Part shown: positions 58,089-64,000 of the stretch, in pieces
Position numbering within the stretch: position 1 is the first letter of the stretch
Layout of the letters: every line of letters begins with the position of its first letter
Position numbers and translations under genes: made by a program
The notes under the pieces: generated by a model
Database searches by the model: none
What the model was told of the DNA's origin: nothing
The model's input: the letters and a program-made list of their open reading frames with translations, nothing else
Source: an uncultured Candidatus Saccharibacteria bacterium
GTDB taxonomy: Bacteria; Patescibacteriota; Minisyncoccia; Phycocordibacterales; JABMNX01
Assembly (NCBI GenBank): GCA_964575755.1
Contig: CAZNRH010000002.1
Location: forward strand, 6,107-70,106
Direction: 5' to 3'
Length of the DNA: 64,000 nt

Positions 58089-58274
58089 TTAATTTTTCCG
58101 ACCTTTTTTAATAATTTTTGCTACAACTACTGTCGCGACAATAATTAAAACTGCAACAAGTGGTCCAACCCAATCCGCCTCAGAAATCACGGTGATGTTT
58201 TCCTCTCCTTCATGAGCAAACACAGTTGCGGACGACAGTAGAAAGTATGCGATTGTGAGAATGGTTAATTTCAC
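58089..58274 (-). CDS. Small membrane protein (signal peptide, AHEGEE, C-terminal TM); GTG start supplied by element copy 4
   Basis: (M)KLTILTIAYFLLSSATVFAHEGEE...; the track's extension ending TSNGV derives from the element. Confidence 0.7.
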   Translation of the reverse strand: MKLTILTIAYFLLSSATVFAHEGEENITVISEADWVGPLVAVLIIVATVVVAKIIKKGRKN

Positions 58275-58375
58275 CCCGTTAGAAGTCTGTCTTACATAAC
58301 TACTATGTTTAATTTTATACATATTTTATATTTATTATGTCCCATTAACCCGATTTAGAGAAACTTCTAACGGGG
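58274..58375. mobile_element. Start-codon-inserted hairpin element, copy 4
   Basis: Perfect IR accccgttagaagt (58273-58286) / acttctaacggggt (58363-58376); ttca repeats at 58270-58273 and 58376-58379. Confidence 0.8.
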
Positions 58376-58376
58376 T

Positions 58377-59342
58377 TCATATATTTTTAATATTTCTTTT
58401 TGAATGAATAGCGTCCCAAAGAACAATTACTCCGATAATACCCCCAAATACAAGCCATGGGACAATACCACCTTCACCAGATGGGATACTGAGCGAGGCT
58501 TCAATAGCACCCGACTCAGCAATTCTAGGAAATGCAATTTCTAACCATCTATTCCACGCTTGATGGATGATAGAATCTTCAAACCATGCCATACCAAATA
58601 TGCCGTAGTTTAATATGAATGCACCAAGACCAACCAACATCCATGAAACCCACCGTTTCACTTTTTCTTGATAGTCACTAACCTTGCTCATAGCGTTAAT
58701 TCCTAAGACTGCCAAGACCACCAAGAAAAGTAGTGGTACGACTCTACCAAGTCCATGTATAGCGCCAAGCGAAGCTCCTACTGTTGGTATTCCAACAGTC
58801 GCAACATAACCAAATAAAATATAAAACGCAGGATTAGGGCATCCTACACCAGCATTGCCTAAGAAAAAACCTAAAAAGAAACTCCTCAAATAGTCATTTT
58901 TGCCTTGGAGAGATTTAGGCATGATTGTCTGCTTAAAAGGTAATCTAAACTTCACAAGACCAAGTTCCGAAATACCAAAGAAAAGTGCCGCGACCCCTCC
59001 AATCAAAAGCATAGCACTTATAATCTTGTACAATGCAACAAATCCACCAAGCCATCCAAGGACAACTCCGTATATAGTGAATGTAACAATGAGTCCAAGC
59101 CCAAAGAGAAGTGCCATCATGAACCCCTTACCTTTTTCTCGCGAAAGAGCTAACGGAACAATAATAAAGACAAGCGGAAATGTACATGGTAGTACTATCA
59201 TAGAAAGCCCCGCAAGAAATGCGAGAGAATATCCAGGTATGAACTCAGACGAGGTCATAAAACTGAAGACCCCAATGAGAATAATCGACAAAAGTACAAA
59301 TGCCGAGAATACAAGCCAAATTTTAAAAACTTTTGAAGTCAT
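58377..59342 (-). CDS. CcdA/DsbD-type transmembrane electron transporter
   Basis: LPCTFP and GCPNP TM cysteines; multi-TM. Confidence 0.85.
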   Translation of the reverse strand: MTSKVFKIWLVFSAFVLLSIILIGVFSFMTSSEFIPGYSLAFLAGLSMIVLPCTFPLVFIIVPLALSREKGKGFMMALLFGLGLIVTFTIYGVVLGWLGGFVALYKIISAMLLIGGVAALFFGISELGLVKFRLPFKQTIMPKSLQGKNDYLRSFFLGFFLGNAGVGCPNPAFYILFGYVATVGIPTVGASLGAIHGLGRVVPLLFLVVLAVLGINAMSKVSDYQEKVKRWVSWMLVGLGAFILNYGIFGMAWFEDSIIHQAWNRWLEIAFPRIAESGAIEASLSIPSGEGGIVPWLVFGGIIGVIVLWDAIHSKRNIKNI

Positions 59343-59382
59343 ATATTAATTATATTTTAGATTATATAAAACCATAACCCAC

Positions 59383-59859
59383 TTATTCAACATCATTTTT
59401 AACAACATTGCCTGAAAACGTCACTTTAATCTCTGGTGTAACTGTAGAATTGGTTTTAAGCATTAATTCTCGCTTTATTTTACCTATACCATTTGGTCCA
59501 TGTGCAAGAGGGTCAAAAGTAGCAGTAAGAGTCTTTTCTTCTCCAGCTGGAATAATCACAGTTTTACCAGAACTTTCATGCATACCAAATTCTAAATCAC
59601 CTATTTTTCCTGCTGTGCACATACAGCTTGTTACAGCCGATAAAATACTAACATCTTCATCTCCTTCATTTTTAAGTGTATACGTAGTACTTACTTTTCC
59701 ACTAAATATGTCTATGTCACCGAAGTCATGTGATGGTTCAACAACTGTTATAACCGATGCAACTTCAGTAAGTTGAGAAGTTTCATCTTTTGTTAATCCA
59801 TATGAAGCAACTATGAGTATCCCTACAAGTATTAATGCTCCTATTATATATTTATTCAT
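59383..59859 (-). CDS. DUF1573-like Ig-fold protein
   Basis: HDFGDI, TSCMCT, FDPLAHGP. Confidence 0.8.
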   Translation of the reverse strand: MNKYIIGALILVGILIVASYGLTKDETSQLTEVASVITVVEPSHDFGDIDIFSGKVSTTYTLKNEGDEDVSILSAVTSCMCTAGKIGDLEFGMHESSGKTVIIPAGEEKTLTATFDPLAHGPNGIGKIKRELMLKTNSTVTPEIKVTFSGNVVKNDVE

Positions 59860-59884
59860 TGTTTCTTAATATTAAATTAATAAA

Positions 59885-60739
59885 CTATTCCCCTTCTTTA
59901 ATGTCGACTTGTATTGCCACTTCAGCTTCAGGTGTTAATTTATCGTTAGTTGGGATAAAAATCGTGCGCTTAAATACACCAAGTGGTTCTTCATGAAAAT
60001 CTGGGTTGAAAAACACAGTGAGGATTGTCTCTCCTCCTTTAGGAATGGTTCGTGAAGCAACATTTGCAGATGTACAACTACAACTTGTTGTAATATCTCC
60101 TATTACAAGTTCCTCTGTTCCCTCATTCTTTACTGTAAAAGTTGTCTCTACTACACCACCATATTGTGTGATAACACCGAAATCATGCATAATACGGTCA
60201 AGAGTTATCCTTGGACCATCTGAAGATGCGTCTACATCATTCCCGCTCGCTGTGTTCGCACCAGTAAGCGCTCCTGTTTCAGTAAATGGGTAATTATCTT
60301 CTTCCCAATGAATCATTCCTCCTGAAACACTCTTTATATTTGTGTAACCAAGTGAATTCATAATGTCATATGCGGTCTTACTCCGCGCACCGCTTCTGCA
60401 ATATATAATGATCTCTTTGTCTTTTGAGGACTCTCCCAATCCAATACTAGCTAGCGACTGCTGTGATAATTCTTGAACTGGAAGAAGTAGAGCACCTTTT
60501 AGATGGATTTCCTCATATTCTCCTAAAGTTCGTACGTCTAGTAAAATAATATCTTTATTATTTTTAATTTTGTTGGCTACATCTTCTGGATAAATTTCGT
60601 GACTTTCTACCATCTCGTTTTCATGATGTCCTACATCTGTCATCATACTGTTGTTATTCATACTAGTTGTAAAAAAGTAACCGATTCCTATAACAACAAC
60701 TAATGTAAAAGATATAGTAGCAATGTTGTTTATATTCAT
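59885..60739 (-). CDS. Membrane-anchored rhodanese fused to a DUF1573-like domain
   Basis: LLDVRT..EY, YCRSGARS, GGMIHW; then HDFG..TSCSCT. Confidence 0.85.
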   Translation of the reverse strand: MNINNIATISFTLVVVIGIGYFFTTSMNNNSMMTDVGHHENEMVESHEIYPEDVANKIKNNKDIILLDVRTLGEYEEIHLKGALLLPVQELSQQSLASIGLGESSKDKEIIIYCRSGARSKTAYDIMNSLGYTNIKSVSGGMIHWEEDNYPFTETGALTGANTASGNDVDASSDGPRITLDRIMHDFGVITQYGGVVETTFTVKNEGTEELVIGDITTSCSCTSANVASRTIPKGGETILTVFFNPDFHEEPLGVFKRTIFIPTNDKLTPEAEVAIQVDIKEGE

Positions 60740-60742
60740 ATG

Positions 60743-61012
60743 TTATTTTTTCTTTGATAATTTATATACTGATAAAATTTCATCTATTGCGCGTTTATGT
60801 TTACCACTCTTCATTTGTTGAACCACATGTGTAGATAAGTGGTTTTCAAGCATCATATCTTCAATAGAAGAAAGAGCCTGCCGTACAGCAGATGTCTGAG
60901 TAATAACATCAACGCAATACTCCCCTTCTTCGATCATTTTATAGAGCCCCTTGACCTGACCTTCGATTATTTTAAGTCTTCGTAGCAATTTCTTCTTTAC
61001 TTCTTTTTTCAT
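60743..61012 (-). CDS. csoR: CsoR/RcnR-family metal-sensing repressor
   Basis: RRLKIIEGQVKG, YCVDVITQ, ENHLSTH. Confidence 0.88.
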   Translation of the reverse strand: MKKEVKKKLLRRLKIIEGQVKGLYKMIEEGEYCVDVITQTSAVRQALSSIEDMMLENHLSTHVVQQMKSGKHKRAIDEILSVYKLSKKK

Positions 61013-61020
61013 GTCAGTGT

Positions 61021-61043
61021 ATAATACCCCATGGGGGTATTAT
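61021..61043. promoter_or_regulatory. CsoR-type operator overlapping the csoR promoter
   Basis: ataatacccc-atg-ggggtattat (C/G tracts inside an AT-rich IR), overlapping minus-strand TTGACC-N18-TATTAT. Confidence 0.8.
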
Positions 61044-61135
61044 AGGTCAAGTGTTTTTTATAGCATCTGTGATACACCACCATTAAGACAGAGTGTGAAC
61101 CGTATATTATTAACGTATTAACTTCATAAATTACT

Positions 61136-61597
61136 ATGAAAAAGATTCTATTACCGCTACTATTTGTGGCTATTGCTATGCCGTTATTATCAAGCGCTCA
61201 TTCAGGAGACACTTCGTCATTCTCTAACACAGACTTCGGACAAGGTTTCATGATGATGCAAGAAGCTGAAGATCGTGCACTTGGCAATGATTTACATGAG
61301 GAAATGGAAGGTCTTATGTTAAAGACAATATCAGACGACATGTCTCAAGCAGACATGGATAGACTTCTTGTTCTTATGGACGAGCATCCAGGAGCTGGTT
61401 CAATGATGATGGGTCGCATGATGGGAGGATATTACAATACTGGATCTGGTTGCTTTTTTAGTGCTGGTTCTATGTATGGGTTCCACAGAGGATCAGGACT
61501 TTGGGGAAGCCTGTTTATGATTATCTTCTGGGGGTTGGCTATAACAGGACTTGTAACTGCTCTTAAGTACGTAAGAAACAATAGAAAATCAAAATAA
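61136..61597 (+). CDS. Met/His-rich exported protein with C-terminal TM, divergent from csoR
   Basis: Signal peptide ending A-H; MMM clusters; C-terminal TM. Confidence 0.75.
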   Translation: MKKILLPLLFVAIAMPLLSSAHSGDTSSFSNTDFGQGFMMMQEAEDRALGNDLHEEMEGLMLKTISDDMSQADMDRLLVLMDEHPGAGSMMMGRMMGGYYNTGSGCFFSAGSMYGFHRGSGLWGSLFMIIFWGLAITGLVTALKYVRNNRKSK

Positions 61598-61629
61598 TTT
61601 TTTTAAATTAAAATATCTAAACAGACAAC

Positions 61630-61670
61630 AAAAAACAAACGGCAAGAGTACTCTTGCTGTTTGTTTTTTT
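61630..61670. terminator. Bidirectional terminator
   Basis: aaaaaacaaacggcaagag-ta-ctcttgctgtttgtttttt between convergent genes. Confidence 0.75.
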
Positions 61671-61736
61671 ATACCTTACGTATCTTTTGTATTTTGTCAC
61701 ATAAACCAGTCATATAAATATATTTGTAATATTTTT

Positions 61737-61979
61737 TTAGTCTATTAAAACTAACTTTTTATCTCTGGTCATTCTCTTTATTTCTGCTTCCCTTCTCCTT
61801 GCTTCCGCCACATCTTTTACATTCTCCTTGTATACCAAAACAACAGGGCGACGTGCTTTTGTATATTTAGCACCATTTTTAAGTTCATTGTGTTCTCGAA
61901 GTCTCTTTTCTAAATCAATAGTTGAGCCAGTATACAAAGTACCGTCACCGCATTTAAGAATATAAACAACATATTTCAT
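61737..61979 (-). CDS. GIY-YIG nuclease family protein (UPF0213-like)
   Basis: VYILKCGDGTLYTGST..RLREHN..GAKYTKARRP. Confidence 0.93.
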   Translation of the reverse strand: MKYVVYILKCGDGTLYTGSTIDLEKRLREHNELKNGAKYTKARRPVVLVYKENVKDVAEARRREAEIKRMTRDKKLVLID

Positions 61980-62066
61980 ATGTTAAATTGTAGCAAAATA
62001 ACCTATACAAAATCCAAGGTCTTTCCTTGGATAAATTAGAGTGCTGCGGCATGGCTATAAATGGTT

Positions 62067-62100
62067 AAAGCCCCCGTTTGCTTCCGCAAATGGGGGCTTT
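62067..62100. terminator. GC-rich hairpin downstream of pyrC
   Basis: aaagcccccgtttgc/gcaaatgggggcttt; a second hairpin atggcgccga/tcggcgccat at 62151-62178. Confidence 0.7.
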
Positions 62101-62189
62101 CTTTGTGGTGTTTAGAGCCGTTTATGAGCCCTTGTACACGAAAAAGAAAGATGGCGCCGATCAAAGCTCGGCGCCATAATTTTCGACAG

Positions 62190-63278
62190 TTAGCCAACCA
62201 TCTTCCATTCAAGTTCTTCACCAAGGAAAAATGGTTGAATTTGGTCAGAGGGCAAGACCCCCCTTTCTTCAGTTGCCCAAACAGGGACAGACTCTTTCAC
62301 AACCCAAGGTTCACGACGTAAGGTAACCATTTCTTCTGAAAGTTTAATACCATAAAACTTAGACCCATTAAGCGACATGAATGCCTCAAAATGTTCAAGT
62401 GCTCCTGCTTTATCAAAAACAGTTGCGTAAAGTTCAAGAGCTGCATGGGCTGAATATATACCGCCCGGACAACACTCGACTTCTTTCTTACCTTTTAGGT
62501 GTGGAGCCGAGTCTGTACCACAAAAAATGTTCGGGTTTCCTGATGCGATAGCATCAATTAAAGCAGTTCTATTGTCCCTTCGTTTTACAACTGGAAGACA
62601 AAACAGATGTGGTCTCAGACCACCCCTAAACAAATCATCTCGTGTAATCAAGAGGTGGTGAGCTGTAACAGTCGCAGCCAGATTCCCACTCGTGTCATTC
62701 ATCACATAATCAACCGCTTCTTTGGTTGTAATATGCTCGAACACGATGCGCAAGTCAGGGTATGAATCGCGAAGCGGTATAAGAACCTTCTTGATAAAAA
62801 CATCCTCGCGGTCAAACGGATCAACTTCGACGCCGTCGTCATGCACAACTTCTCCATGCATCAACAATGGAATTTTGAATTTTTCCATAGCTTTTAAGAC
62901 GTCGTGGATATTATTAATGTCAGTAACGCCAAGCTTTGAGTTTGTCGTCGCATTTGCAGGGTAAAGCTTTGCCGCAACCCAACTTTCATTATGAAATCCC
63001 CACATGAGCTCACTATGGTTTGTGTCGTCCGTAAGGTACGTCGTCATAAGTGGCTTAAAAGTGCTTTTGTCTGGAAGAGCAGACATGATTTCTGCTTTAT
63101 ATTCATCTGCTTGTGGTGTGGTTGTAATTGGCGGATTAAGATTCGGCATAATTATTGCCGAATCAAACTGTCGTGCAGAGTGTCCTATTACTGCTTTAAG
63201 AACATTTCCATCACGTACATGGAGATGTGCATCAAACGGCTTAACAATTGATAGTTCATTAGTTATTGTTTCAGTCAT
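62190..63278 (-). CDS. pyrC: Dihydroorotase, homodimeric E. coli-like type
   Basis: DAHLHVRD, MPNL, KLYPANATTNS, EHITT, CLPVVK, GTDSAPH. Confidence 0.96.
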   Translation of the reverse strand: MTETITNELSIVKPFDAHLHVRDGNVLKAVIGHSARQFDSAIIMPNLNPPITTTPQADEYKAEIMSALPDKSTFKPLMTTYLTDDTNHSELMWGFHNESWVAAKLYPANATTNSKLGVTDINNIHDVLKAMEKFKIPLLMHGEVVHDDGVEVDPFDREDVFIKKVLIPLRDSYPDLRIVFEHITTKEAVDYVMNDTSGNLAATVTAHHLLITRDDLFRGGLRPHLFCLPVVKRRDNRTALIDAIASGNPNIFCGTDSAPHLKGKKEVECCPGGIYSAHAALELYATVFDKAGALEHFEAFMSLNGSKFYGIKLSEEMVTLRREPWVVKESVPVWATEERGVLPSDQIQPFFLGEELEWKMVG

Positions 63279-63474
63279 TCTATTGCTTCCTTTTCTATAT
63301 CGACTACTTTAGTGAAGTGTTCAGATAATCTAAAGCGAGTGTATCAAGATTCCATTTTGATAGCAAACCCTAATAAAAACAGACCTATTGCATTATCTTT
63401 GGTTGTGATACACTCCACACAGAATATAAGATTGGTATCAATTATTGTTTTAACTAAACAAGAGGAGATTAAGA

Positions 63475-64000
63475 ATGTCGATAGACACAAATATGTCTAA
63501 GATTGGGCTTGCTGCAGGAATGATTAAAAACTTCCCTCAGATGGATCATGGTCAAGAATTGTTTGGTCTGACGAGTCACATCACTTTTGGCTCTTTCACT
63601 TTGAAGCCTCGGACAGGAAACCCTGAACCGACGTACTGGTTTAACCCAAAGACCAATACATCGATCAACGCTGTTGGGCTTACTAATCAAGGGCTAGCGA
63701 CCTTTCTGCGCGAAGACCTACCGACTATTACTCGCCTACTAGACATGACCAGCAACAGCACAGCGCGTATTCGTGTTAGCCTTGTGGAACTTCAAAAAGG
63801 TGATCTTGTAAAAATGTGTGACATGCTCAATAACTCTGAGCTTTCACACCACATCAGTGAAGTGGAAGTAAATGCAGCATGTCCAAATCACCGAAGTATG
63901 AATGGACTCCATCCAGTACTCGCGCATGATTCAAATGCTCTATATATGTTGATGAAGGAAACCGAGACTCTTGGTATTCCAAAAGCAATCAAGATTGCTC
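63475..64000 (+). CDS. pyrD: Dihydroorotate dehydrogenase (partial, runs off window; not in track)
   Basis: Hand translation: IGLAAG, GSFTLKPRTGNPEP, INAVGLTNQG, EVNAACPN, KIA; AGGAG 7 nt upstream of ATG 63475. Confidence 0.85.
   Translation, partial: MSIDTNMSKIGLAAGMIKNFPQMDHGQELFGLTSHITFGSFTLKPRTGNPEPTYWFNPKTNTSINAVGLTNQGLATFLREDLPTITRLLDMTSNSTARIRVSLVELQKGDLVKMCDMLNNSELSHHISEVEVNAACPNHRSMNGLHPVLAHDSNALYMLMKETETLGIPKAIKIA

Noticed and set aside
58275-58322. N-terminal extensions in the track (58322, also 14932, 50152, 41862, 34894, 4271)
   Set aside because: They run through repeats, terminators or neighbouring genes; downstream starts fit better.
762-63690. Many short track ORFs antisense to or nested in well-supported genes
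   Set aside because: Shadow frames of real genes, with no motifs or independent signals.

Overview
An AT-rich window with nearly all genes on the minus strand. Gene content suggests a Patescibacteria/CPR (Parcubacteria-like) genome; this is inferred from the short L13, AlaRS without C-Ala, UvrC without HhH, LeuRS insertion and CPR-type hypothetical genes. It carries dnaJ-dnaK-grpE joined to the infA-rpmJ-rpsM-rpsK-rpsD-rpoA-rplQ-rplM-rpsI cluster, alaS, leuS, mnmA, mltG, ychF, ddl, uvrABC and tRNA-Ala. It also has a sugar-utilisation block, a Dsb/pilin block, a CsoR-headed copper/thiol-redox operon and divergent pyrC/pyrD. The most unusual signal is a family of four 102-133 bp hairpin elements (ends YCCCGTWMGA...TCKWACGGGR, 4-bp TGRA duplication). 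Each is inserted exactly into a start codon, one of them in rpmJ, and rebuilds an ATG/GTG at its far end. Other candidates: a ~350-nt multi-helix RNA bounded by a promoter and terminator, a rod-shaped ~150-nt RNA, two sRNAs, a second repeat family, tgt split by one in-frame TAA, a gene frameshifted by a 4-bp duplication, and unannotated small ORFs. No CRISPR array, rRNA or transposase was seen.
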